Below, piece after piece: positions 36,990-49,112 of a stretch of DNA of 64,000 bases. Numbering within the stretch: the stretch's first letter is position 1; every line of letters begins with the position of its first letter. Below the pieces are notes generated by a model, which was not told the DNA's origin, ran no database searches, and saw only the letters and a program-made list of their open reading frames with translations. The DNA comes from Amoebophrya sp. A120 (taxonomy: Eukaryota > Protista > Dinoflagellata). The position numbers and the translations under genes are program-made. The DNA lies in contig CAJINV010000007.1 of assembly GCA_905178155.1 (NCBI GenBank), positions 1,186,627 to 1,250,626 of the forward strand, given 5' to 3'.

Positions 36990-39900
36990 CTACCCCCGTT
37001 CGCTCGCGATTCCCATCTGCACGCTGGGATTCGACACGACGCCTCCCGGACTGGTGCCGCCCTCGGACGAGCTCTCGATCCAGTTGTCCAGGGTCGCGAG
37101 CTATCAAATGCAAAAATGTCTGGGTCTGGATGATTTCGGGGTTTGTCATGCTAGTCTGGCATGGCTCTGAGCTCTGTATTGCGTGGCCGCAAAGAGCACC
37201 TCTTGCCTGTCATACGAAAACGCAGTTTCTAATGCGGAATACGCAACGCAGAACCACTGAAAAACTTGTCATGCTTCGCAGTGCATTGCAGTGTGCATAT
37301 TGTTCGCTGACCTGCATCACAAGTTTCCAGACCCAGACATTTTTGCATTTGATACGAGCTGTTTCTTCACCCGTGCGATCTCGGTCGCGATCATCGCCCG
37401 GTCCAAGTGCGGGTCCGACCCGCTCTCCAACTCCCGCAAATGGTCCAACACCGTCTGGAACCGCTCCCGCTCCGTATCCGATGCAAAAACGTCCCGGGCC
37501 CATAGCTGTCAAGCAAATCTGCATGCTCCAAATGTTTGTCATGCGGAGCCCCATGCGAGCCATTTCCTGGGCGCGTTTTGCAATTTGTAATGCTCCAATC
37601 AGCATAATGCGCTAGATCTGTGATGCTGCTGAACGAACTACATAGGATCACACTCTGAGGCCAAACCTGTCATGCGCAATCGCCAAAGCTCGTTGATTTG
37701 TCTAGCAGATTTCCCAGCTTGACTATGGGGTCGGGACGTTTTTACAAAGGATACTCCGCCAAAATGTCTGCCTGGTTCGCATTCGCGTCCACCTGGATGT
37801 CGCGCATCTTTTCCGCTTCCTGCATCTCTAAATCGCGCTCGACGTCTTCGGCGTCGCCGCCCGGGCTCAGGTCCGCGAGGTCCACGTCCACCGCCTGCCC
37901 GGTTTGGCCCAGCCGGAGTTTCCAGGGGCCGTAGGGGAACGTGAAAGAGAGCAGGATCCCCTCGCCCTTGGCCGTTTTCACGGCGTCGCCCGGCTTGTAC
38001 TCGATCTTCCCGGGCAGCACCAAGGGCCGCAGATCCGTCGCGACAATGGCCACCGTGGAGGCGGAGCCGGGGGCCGAGGACAACCGCAGGCTGTCGGTGA
38101 AGACGTCTTTGGCTTCGTCCAATTTCTCTACGAGGAGAATCGGGTCTTGGTGCTTGACCAGCCTGACTTGCTCGCTACTGCCGAGGAGTTCGCACTTCGC
38201 GTTCCGCACCGCGCCCGCTTCCTGGAAGTTCAGCTCCGTGGCAGCGACCTCCAGCTCTTCCCCGCTCGCCTCCTTCCGGATCTTCCACTGGAAGTTTGCG
38301 GCAGCGGAAGTACTGGCGAACCCGGAGATGCGGCCGAGCAAGTATTCCGCACCGCTAGATGAACCGCGGGCTGAATTTGAATTATTTCCTCTTGTTCCGC
38401 CACTAAACCCGGGGTTTTTGTAGATCACCTTTTGCCCCACGGTGAAGTCGTCGAGCTTGTACACTTCTTGCTGCGGCAAGGCTTCTAGTTGCACAGCAGC
38501 AGAAGCGCCTGCTCCTACAGTGGCGGAACTACCACTCCCCAAATCGCCAAACGCGACGATGGAAAAGCCCTCGGCGTTGCACCCCTGCAGCATGCCGATG
38601 CGGCCAAACTGGGCCTCGTCCGACGCAGAATGCTCCACGTGCACCACACGGGCACCAACCGTCAGCCCGGCCTCGGCCGTGGCCTGCAAATCGATCTTCG
38701 TGTCGCTGCTTGTTGCGGACCGCGGGACCAACGCAACGCCGAGAACTGTTATGAGAATGATGTAGCACCGGACCGGATCGATTCCCTGCTTCATTTGAAA
38801 CTACGCAGGCGCGGCGACAGAAACAGTGCCAAAAATCATCTAGTTTGTTTTGTGCGCATTTTTACATGCACTATCCGCACAGAGATCATTTTTGAGTACT
38901 CATATTCAAGCTTGTAGCATCACTTTTCATCAACATGCAAAACGTACTTTTAAGCCCAAGGCCGCTTGGAAAGATAGAACTTTCGTCTTTTATCATTGCA
39001 GCACATCAAATGAGGCAGGGAGAAATAAAGAACAGTTCTTTATGCACCCTCATAACGCTGTTCGCGCGGTTGTTGGAAAAGACGAGTTTGTGGTAGTACC
39101 CCGCGACGGCGAGAAGCAACGCGACGAGATATCAAATGTAAAAATGCCAGGGTCTGGAAATTTGTAATGCTAAAAGTGAATGGGAGTTCCACTGCAATAC
39201 AGAGCCAAGCATGACAAATTTTTGGGCTCCTATGTGTTGCGTGTTCCGCATGGCAAACTGCGTTTTTGCATGACAGGTAAGAGGACAGCTTTGTGCCCAT
39301 GCGTCACAGATTCTTGAGCCATGTCAGACATGCATGACAAATGTAGCAATCTTCCAGACCCAGACATGTTTACATTTGATACGAGAACCACAAAAACGAT
39401 GATCAAGACTACCCCATTATCGGACCACGACGATTCTTGGTTTTCTTTCTCCTCCTTGCGTGCCTTGTCGTCCTTCGCGTTCGCGTCGTTGAACTTCCCT
39501 TCCAGGGACGCGGGATTTGAATCTTCTGGATTCTTCTCCTCCCCTTCTTCTACCCCGGCCTCCACGGCTGCCTGCTTTGCGACCTCCACCGCATTGTCCG
39601 CGTCGGAAACCGCGGTTGCGGCCGTTTCCAAGTTTTCCCGCAAATCTTCAAACGTTTTCTGCTCCGTGTCGGACAGCGCCACGTTGGGGTCTTGCAGCAC
39701 GTTGTTGATCTCTTCCTGGGCCTGTTTCAAAATCTCTTCCTTTTCCTTGAAACTCGTCATGGCTGCGTCGATTTCTTCGAGTTTCTTGATCTTCTCGTTC
39801 TCCTTGAACAAAGTTGCGGGGAGTATATCAGCCGCGGCCTTCCCCTATCCTATGCAAATTTCTTGTCTGGGACGGAAGTCGTAATGGTACCAATCTAGAC

Positions 39901-42900
39901 GTAGTCATGCAAATTTCGTATCTATCCCCCACGATGTCTGTGATGCATGCCCGAGTATACCATCGCGGCTTTCGACGTGCAGGATTGCTGACACTTATTC
40001 TGCATCAGCTAGGTCCCCTCCGTCTAGCAAAAACCTTTTGCTGCTCTTCTACTACAGGGAGCAACATCTTCACAAATTTGGTTCAGTCCATATCGACCTA
40101 GAGCCAGACAGATTTGCACTTTTGGTATCACCTTTTGCGCCACGATTTCCAAGCCCTCAGTGGACTCCCGTTCCTTCTTTTCCGCGATCTCGGTCAGGAG
40201 CTTCACGCGGGACGGGTTCTTTTCCTTCGGAGTGGACAGTGCGGACGTGATGAGTTGCAAATCCCGCTCCGGGATTTTGTTCAAAAACGCGCACGCCTGC
40301 TGCTCCTCGGAGATCATGCCCGAGACGGAGTTTGGTGAGAGTTGCGGCAGCTCCACTGACGCCTGGTCGCCCGTTCCGGGCGCGATTCCGTCCTGGTTCA
40401 GCGCGTTGCTCTTGGTTTTCTTCCTCTTCTTCACCTTCTGCTCCAAGGCGGCGCTGGGGCGAAGTTCAGGAGTTTTTGTTTCCATGCGGCGAGACGATGA
40501 TGAATTATCACCGTCCCGTCCGAAAACTGTTTTCTTCACGAAGCCGGTGAAACTCGAAATCTTGGAAACCACCGCTCCCGCGACTTTCTCGAGAAAAGTT
40601 TGTTCTTTATTTTCCACGAAGGCCGCCAAAGATTTTTCGGTTTCCGCAGCGATTGCACTGTCAACCGCGACGTAGTACCCACTGCCGCGGAGGTTGCCCT
40701 GCTTCCGGCGCTGTTGGCCGCCGGTGGGGGGTCGGTGGCTGGTGGAAGTTTCTGCTGGCGGGATGTTGAAAGTAGTTGTACTAGCCATGTTCTTCGCGGA
40801 TGCTGAAACTGAACTACTGATCCTTCGCGCGGCAGCGGGAGGTCCTGCTACATACGTTTTTTCACCCGTCTGCGCGAACGAAGAGGGCGCTGCTGGCTGT
40901 GATTCTTCTCTTGCTCCTTCCTCCTGTACTTCCGCACTCGTCTCTCCAGCAGCTGTAGAAGAAGTTGTTTGCTTCTCCGAAAAATCTTGTTCACCTTCTT
41001 CACCGCTCGCTGCACTCGTCCCCTCGTCACCCCCACCACCGCTCTCCACCCCCGGAAAAGTCGCGCTCTTCGGATCGAACTCCGCCACATCCCACGACGC
41101 GTCCCCCGCGTCGCTGACCAAGGTGTAGAGCCGGCCCCCGCACTGTGCGTGGTTCGCTAACTTCACCACATACCCCTTGTGAAACAGCCTTTCCAGCGCT
41201 TTTTCCGACACCACCCGCGTGATCAGCTCGCTGTCGAGTTTCAGCCGCCACAGGCCGTCCCGCCCGTCCATATCCTGTGCAAAAGTATCGTACTCGTACT
41301 AATTGCAATCATGCATGACAAAATCTTGTTTCTTAGCCAAATCAGCATTACAAACTTCATTTTTCCTTCTGAGAAAATTTGTATTGCGATTTATACTAGT
41401 ACGATGCTTTTGCAATGCATAGTCCACCTGTTCCTGCAAAACCCCCCGCATCAGGTATTTCCTCACCCCGGACGAACTCTCTGAAGCCTCCGTCTTCTCC
41501 TGCAGCCGCTTTGCCTCCTCCGAATTCTCCATCTGCGGGTCGTACACCACTTTCTGCTTCGCTTGAAAACTACCGCCCGCCTTGCTCTCTTGCACCTTCT
41601 TGGAGTCGTCCGTCCTCCACCGGGAGTTCGCCCCCTTGGGGAAACACCGCGCGGCGTTTTTCACAATGTCGATTTTCTTCAGCCGCTCCGCTTGGTCCTG
41701 GTTTGCGGTCAGGAGATTTTTCAACTCCGATTCCAACGCCTCCAGCATCGTTTTTTTCTCTTCCTCGATGCTGGTCACCTCGGACTCCCGCAATTCAATG
41801 TCGGTTTGCATCCGTCGCAGCGTCTCCCGCAGCTCGTTCACCGTGGACTGCACCTTTTCCCGGATCAAAAAATTCTCCGGATCCGCCTGCTTCTGCAGTT
41901 TTTCCGCCGTTTCGAACTCCTTTTGGATCTGTTCCAGTTCCTCCCGTTTCCGCTCATACAGCTTCGCCCGGTCTTTCATCGCGTCCCCCAACTTAAAGCC
42001 GGCGTCGTGCTTCGCCTGCAGGTACTCCTTCTGCAGCTGCGGTGCCTCCTTTTCCAGAACGTTCCGGACCCGGTTTTCCACCGCGGTCGCCTGCGCCGCG
42101 TCGGACTTGATCCACTCGTCCAACTCCCGCTGCTCGCAGCTGTTATCGCTCGCGTCCTGGCAATATGCATTGCAAATATGTCTGGGTCTGGAAACTACCT
42201 GTGACGCAAGGAAGGGAATAGCAAGCACACTGTAATACGCTGCCAAGCATGACAAGTTTTTCGCTGCTTCGGAGTTGCGTACTCCGCATGAGAAACTGCG
42301 TTTTTGCATCACAGCCGCGAGGAGCTCTTCGCGGCCACGCAATACAGAGTTCAGAGTCATGCCCCAGACTAGCATGACAAATCTCGCAATTATCTCCCTG
42401 ACCCAGACATTTTTGCATTTGATAGGTAATCCGAGTCCAGCCGCCGAATCCGGTCCTGAATCTTCTGACTGGCCTGCATGAACAGGTTCTGCAATGCGTC
42501 CGCGATCGGCTCCCCCTCGTCGGAGAGGTGCTTGTGCCGAAACTTCAGCCCCGCGTCCTTCCACCGCTTCCCGTCCCGCCCGTCGTAGTCGGAGCCGAGC
42601 TCGCCGCCGCTTGTCGTGTCGGAGAGCGGGTGGTAGGTGTGGATCTCCTATCAAATGCAAAAATGTCTGGGTCTGGAAGAGTGCATGTTTGTCATGCTTG
42701 TCTGGCATGACTCTTAAATCTGTCACGCACGTTACCCAAGAGCCCCACTTTTCTGTGATTCAGAAACGCAGTTTGTCATGCAGAATAGGCAACACCTAGA
42801 AGCTCAGAAACTTGTCATGCTGAGCCAGCACTTGTGGCCTCATCATGAGACGCCACCCAGCATCACAAGTTTCCAGACCCAGACATTTTTACATTTGATA

Positions 42901-45900
42901 TCTCCGCGGACTGTTTGGTGTACCGGTTGTCGGGCACGCCGTACAGCCTATGGCGTTCTCAAACGTTACATTCTCAACTGTTGCATGGACTTGTTATGCA
43001 AGAACAGCAAAAGCGAAAGTGGCAACATTGCAGCTTTCGCATTACAGATTTGCCACAGATTATCATGCTGTTTAGCCTTTCGACAATTTGTCATGCTAAG
43101 CACCTTGATCAAGTGGAGGCTGATGGCAGTTTTGCATGACAAATTCACGTAACAGTTGAGAATGTACCAGTTGAGAACGCCATACAGCCGGGACACGAGG
43201 TTGGTCGAGACCGGCTGCGAAATTTTCGCCAGCTCCGGGTCCCGGTGGTCGCCTTGGTAAAACTCCTTCTCAAAGATCGCCTCGTACGCTTTGGAGGTCG
43301 CGGCCAGGAGGAGAAGATACCGCCGCGTGCACGTGTTCAGGGGGCAGACCTTGATTTTTTTCGTAGTTTCTGCATGCTGTTGTGCCGTGAAGATGAAAAG
43401 AAATCTACTTTCAGTACTTCTGTTCTTGCACGAAAAAGACAAGTGAATGAGAAGTTGACATAGCACCACTGACTATCAAAATTTCATCCCAAAGTAGAAT
43501 GAATACCTTATCCGGTAGGTTGTAAAAATCCACGCAGTAGGTTTTCGGGGGCACCATGAACTTCTCGCAGTAGTCCATCGTCATGCTCATCAAGTTCTGC
43601 TCGATTTGCGAGTTTGTGTTGGTAAAGTGCTGCCAGACGGACCCGCTCCACAGCTCCATGGGGTGCTCCAGGTAGTAGAAGAAAAACCGGTCCCGGTCTT
43701 TTTTCTTGCCGTACGCGAGCAGTTTCTTGATGAACGGCTCCTCCGCGCCCGTGTCGGAGAGAGAAGATAACAACTGCATCGTCGACTTTTCTATCAACGT
43801 TTGCACTAATTCCGACCCGTAGACCGTGATCATCTGTAAAAAGTGGGTTTTCATCTCCCGCAACGTCGCGATCCGGGCGTAGAAATTCCAGGCGGTGCAC
43901 TCCGTGGGGAAGCTGTGCCGGGCCTCGCCCCAAAAGCCGTCGTAATCCGACCCCGATTTCTTCTGCGCCTGCTCCAGCTCCTCCCAATCCAGCTCGCTGT
44001 TCACCACCACCGCCGCGTCGGGCCGCAGCAGCCGGTCGATCTGGTCGAGCGAGAGCTGGGGGAGAAACCGGGGCGTCAACGCGTTCGCTTTTTCGCACTC
44101 CCCCATCAGTTGCCAGTGGTTGTACAGGCGAAAGCGTTGGTAGTAGGTTTCTTCGATCACTTTAAACACGTCGACGACGGTGTTCGTTGCTGCGTCTTCG
44201 GATTTAGCATTTTGATTTTCCTCCTCCACGTTGGTATAGGCGGGGTACTGCAGGATCGCCTGTTTTTTCGCCTCCCGGACTTTCTGCTCGGCGTCGTGAA
44301 AGAAGGAAAATTCCTGGGTTTTCGCTTCGCGCTCCCAGTCCGTGTGCGAGGTGGGATCCAGTTCCAAATCTAAGTACGCCCCGAGCCGCCGGCACGCTTC
44401 CAATTCCCCGTCCAAGGCGACGGGGACCTTTTTCCAATTGTCGAAGTCAATGCCGGGGGAGTCGTCCTCAAAATGGAAGCCGTCGAGCGCGGCGGAGGTG
44501 ATGGGCACGAGCGGACGGCGCAGCGCCGGGTCCACGGCGACTGCTGCGTTGGGTTGCTCAGATCCTTGTGTCCATTGCAAATATTACGTTTGGGTCTCCT
44601 GGAAGAGTGCAACTTGTGACGCTGCCTTTGGATTCATCAAAATGAAATCTGTATAATTACGCGAGCAGCTAGAGGAGTCCAGCTCCAGTTTTTGGCACGC
44701 GGAGTGAACATTTCTTAGGCGGGAAGATAAGCATCAAGGCGCCCGCAGAAAATCTACCCTGTGATGCTGAGCAAAAAAATGCATCACCGACATCTTCATG
44801 GGTCACATGCAAAATGCGCAGGGCAAATGTTGCACTTTTCCAGACCCAGACATATTTGCACTGGATACCTTGCTCCGTCGTGGTTTTAACCCCTGTCTCC
44901 GTACTGTCGCCGCTGGTCGGGTCATTACCTCCTTCCTTGTCTTTTTTCTCCGAAGAAGATTTTTTGTCGTCGCGGTCGTCGGAAATCAATCGCACGATCG
45001 GGTCGACCACGGCTTTCGCTGCGGCCGTCACGATGTTGTCGTCCTTGTCTTTCTTTTCGCTACTAGCTCCTTGTTCATCATCTTCAGAAGGTTTACTATC
45101 TCCATCCTCACCCTTCCTGTTCCGTAGCAGCTCGTGCTCCCCGACCTGCAGAAAGGAAGAAAAACTGCTGCTGCCCTCTTCGCCTTCCTTCTCGCCGCCC
45201 TCCTCCCCTTTCGACCCGTCCGCGGATTCCTCTTCCTCGTGGCCGCTAGAAGTTGTACTACCGGCGTCGTTATCAACTGTAAAAATGTCTGGGTCTGGAA
45301 ACTTGTGATGCTGGGTGGCGTCTCATGATGAGGCTACAAATGCTGGCTCAGCATGACAAGTTTCTGAGCTCCTAGGTGTTGCCTATTCTGCATGACAAAC
45401 TGCGCTTCTGCATCACAGAAAAACGGAACTCTTGGGTAACGTGCATGACAGATTTAAGAGTTATGCCAGACAAGCATGACAAACGTGAACTCTTCCAGAC
45501 CCAGACATTTTTGCATTTGATAGTCGTCCCCCCCGCCAGTACCAGATTCCTCGTCTTTCTGGTCCTGTGCTTCACTTCCCGCTCCGTCTTTCTGCTCGTC
45601 TTCCTTATGCTCCTCGGATTTTTCCTCTTCCTTATTTTTCCCCTCGTCTTCAACCTTCGAAGTGGATTCCTTGGATGCTTTTTCGTCCTCTTTTCCGCCG
45701 CCGGAGTCTTCCTTTTCGTTCTCCTCATCGCCGTCCTGTTTACTAGGAGGTTCGGAGGACCCGCTATCCCCCTCCTCCCCGCCCCTGATGCCGCACACCC
45801 TTTTGCACGCCGGGCTGCCGCTTTCCCCCAGCGAGCTGCCCGTTTTCAGATTTTTCGCCTCATCCAGCAGTCGCTGCATCACATCCCCCTCGGACAAGTT

Positions 45901-48495
45901 GTTGCACACCTTCCGACTGGTGTGACTGGGCTCCACGAACACGGCGCCGACGAACGCGTCGACGATTTCGAGCCAGATCCGGTGCTCGCAATCGTCGATC
46001 TGGTCCGCGGTGCAGCGGGCGACGTCGTGGCAGTAGCTGTGCCCGAACGTTTCCAGCTCGCTCGGCATCTGCCAGCCCATGTGCTCCAGCGACTGCTGCA
46101 AGATCCGGATCTCCGGACCGTTCGCGCTGTGGGCCTGCTTCGCGTCTTCCCACCGCTTGCGCAGCATGCTATCCGCCGCGACGGGGGACACGACCGCGAT
46201 CTGCTCCCGGTTTCTGCCGTGGCGGTAAAGGAATTTTACCGTGTCCAGATACAACTCCTCGGGGGCGTTTAAGGACCGCCCGTACCGGCTTTCGCCCTCC
46301 TTCGATCCCTTGCAAAACGTGAAGTAGTTGAGCTGCGACGCTTTGTACACCGGTTTCCTCGAAAGCCTTTGCAGGAAGGAGGTTGTGGCGGGCGAGGGGA
46401 CCAAGGCGAGAAGTTGTTGGCCACGACCATAATCTTCGTTCACTTGTTCTTCCTGCAGTTGCTTTCTCGCATCTTCGAGGTCGTTTGAAGATGCGGAGAG
46501 GTCCAGGAAGCTGCTTCCGGGTTGTGATATCGCGAACCCCGCCTCGTCCTCCGCCCCCGACGTGCGCGGCTTGTGCTGAGACCACTCGCGGGGCGGGGCG
46601 AAGGAGATCATTTTGTCATCCGCATCGTCGACATCTGCGTCTCCTTCTGTACTTCTAGTACTCTCTCGCCCAGCGGGCCAAGTTGTCTCTGCAATGTCGT
46701 TCGCCTCCAGAAACGAAGCCGCTTCTTCCTCTTCTAACTTGCGCTTGCTCTCGAGTCCGCCGCCTGCATCCGTGCCCGCCTCGCCCGGGGACGATCGCTG
46801 TCCAATATCATCTTCACCACCACCGCCACTATCCCGCTCCATTGGAAGATTTGCTCGCAAATCTTCCATGCGCGCTTCGTGTACGGTGGCAGCCTTCAAA
46901 TCCACCAGTTCCAGCATCGACATCTGCCGCGGCACCGCGCACCCAATGTGCTCTCGATGCAACAGCAGCTCCGGCAAGGCATCTTCCGCCTGGAGGTTGG
47001 CCGTAATGGAGTGCTTCTCGCAGTCGAACGGCTGGTCGCAAGAATTGAAATCCAACCGGTCGTGGTCTGCATGTTTTATTGTTGTTTTGCTCTCAGTCTC
47101 AACATGATAACCATGCGCTCCATTTTTATTTCCCTGTCTACTACTTCCCTCGTCGACGTCGTCCCATCCCTGTCTACTACTCGTCCCATTCCTGGTCTTC
47201 TTTTTTCCACGCGTGAACCGTGGGGTAGTACCACTCTCCGTGGTACTATCACCATTCTCGTTACTCCCTTCCCACAGCTCGAGGAACGCGCCGGGATGAT
47301 GGACAGAAGAACCACCTGGCGTCGAATGGTCGTTTCCATTCTCATATTCCGTCTTTGTTTCCCCTGGTGGTGCCGCATTTATTTCACCTCCAAGTGCTGA
47401 CACACGACCTTTCTCCTTTGCGATTCTGTCCGCCTCGAACTGCATCACCGTGTCCAGGTAGTGCTCGGTTTCCCGGTTCGCCTCGGATTTCGGCGGCCGG
47501 AACATTCCCGCCGCGTGCAGAAACCGCGTGTACTTTGCGTCCGGGGTGTCATCGTAGCCGAGGAGCTTGAAATGCGTGTCAGCCAGGATGTTATCGGCGT
47601 TGTCGACGTCAGAAGTAGAAGTAGGTAGCTGGAACTGCGCCACACTAGAGCTGCTGGTGCTGCTAAAGCTCAGCCCATCAACATCACCGAAGGGAATATC
47701 AAAACCATGAACATCGGGTTGGCCGCCAACATTGCGCGACGGTTTATTCCCATCTTCCCGACCCGCCTCTGATGTTCGCTTTTTTACTTCAACATGGTGT
47801 TCCCGCGAAGAAGAGCTCGGTGTTATTCTTGCAGCCACAGCCTCAGTATTTTTCTCGTCGTTGTTGTAACTTGTTTTCCCACTCGAAAATGAAGAAGCTT
47901 TGACAATCACGCTAGAAGTAGACGGTTGGGCCGAGGCGGAGTCGGCGGTAGCCTGACCTAGTCTAGAAGTACTTCTGTGAGCCTTCGTTTTCCGCGCTTC
48001 CACCTGATTCGTCGCGGTGTCCTCGTGTGGCTGTGAAATAATTGTGCTGGAACGTCGACCGGCGTAATCTGCTTCTGCATTGTCTACGACTGCAGTCTTC
48101 TTGTTTGTCCCCGCAGGTCGTTCACCATCACCATCCGCTAGCCGACGTGTAGACCTGGACAATGACGCCGGAGGGGTCAGCCCCCGGTACTCCAGGACGG
48201 AGCTGGGTGTGTCCTCTTCGCCATCGGCATCCAAATCCACGAGATTATGAACAGCCGGACGCTCTTGCCCCGCTGCGACCGGCGTAGCTGGATCTGCGCC
48301 TCGTCCCGGCTGTGCGGTTACAGTAGCAAAAATTATAACTATCCCGGGGGATGCTAGATGCAGTGCAAGGAAACCGGTCACCAGCGTCGAAGTTAGAAAT
48401 ACTGCCGCACAAGACCCCGGTCTTCGACATAAACGCGCTGCCCCCACTCCGCCCCGCGAGCCGCCAACGGCTGCCCTCGTGGCGAGGGCGACCAT
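36990..48495 (-). CDS. ~2823-aa multi-exon membrane protein: N-terminal hydrophobic segment, Cys-containing domains, coiled coils, acidic linkers and a C-proximal TM helix
   Basis: Removing 11 TIR introns and one GT-AG intron (43350-43506) gives 8472 nt = 2824 codons. The TM helix GVVLIIVFVVLVALLLAVAGYY is completed only after splicing. Confidence 0.75.
37102..37354. mobile_element. TIR introner, family A
   Basis: Perfect TSD cgagc. Confidence 0.95.
37475..37753. mobile_element. TIR introner, family D (AAAAACGTCCC)
   Basis: tatccgatgcaaaaacgtccc...gggacgtttttacaaaggata; perfect TSD ctccg. Confidence 0.92.
38750..39054. mobile_element. Degenerate TIR introner
   Basis: tatgagaatg...caccctcata; flanks actgt/acgct; frame restored. 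Confidence 0.6.
39130..39381. mobile_element. TIR introner, family A
   Basis: Perfect TSD cgaga; interrupts a TM helix. Confidence 0.95.
39846..40127. mobile_element. Degenerate TIR introner, family A-like
   Basis: TSD tcccc/tcacc; frame restored. Confidence 0.78.
41271..41421. mobile_element. Short TIR introner (151 bp)
   Basis: tatcctgtgcaaaagtatcgt...acgatgcttttgcaatgcata; perfect TSD gtcca. Confidence 0.9.
42164..42424. mobile_element. TIR introner, family A
   Basis: TSD ggcaa/ggtaa; interior similar to 9003-9271. Confidence 0.92.
42649..42900. mobile_element. TIR introner, family A (opposite orientation to 45271-45522)
   Basis: Perfect TSD tctcc. Confidence 0.95.
42949..43184. mobile_element. 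TIR introner, family C
   Basis: tatggcgttctcaa...ttgagaacgccata; perfect TSD cagcc. Confidence 0.93.
44569..44867. mobile_element. TIR introner, family A-like
   Basis: Perfect TSD ccttg; left end is TGT instead of TAT. Confidence 0.88.
45271..45522. mobile_element. TIR introner, family A, 252 bp
   Basis: Perfect TSD gtcgt. Confidence 0.95.
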
Positions 48496-49112
48496 GGGAA
48501 AGCGCAGGCTTACGTGATCATCTTGTCGGTGTGTGTTACAGCACGGAGAGACGAGCGCTTGGACGAAAAATAAATTAATTTCGCTTATACGAAAAAAAGG
48601 AAAAACAGAGACCAACAACCGTATATCGCTCCTCGTCTTCAAGAAACATCCACGCTCAGACAACACACTCCGAAGATTGCAGGGCAAATTTGAGGGCAAG
48701 TTTGATGAAAGCAAACAACCCAGCGCAACTCCGGCCGGATGAACTTGTCTCTCTTCGAGAGCCCCTTCCCGTGAGCGTACTAACGATTTTCGCTCTGACA
48801 AGAGCACCTTAGGATAGCCGCTTCCAGAGGATCAATCGTTGACCGCAGGTGCGGTTCACCTGAGCATGCGTCTGCAAAATTCAGTGCGCAACTACCCCGA
48901 TGAACCCAAGCACCTGCTGGTACTAGAACTCCCAGTACTTGCAGAGATCCTGGGCCGGACAGAGCCAGAGGTCGGCCCTGCCAGCAACCATTACCATCCT
49001 CAATGGAATGCACTATTCAGTTTGGGTTTTTATCTCCTTCTTGGAAGAAAGCGAAATCTTACACGACGTACGAAACAGACGGTCTGTGCTGGATAATTCG
49101 CTTTAGAGTCTC

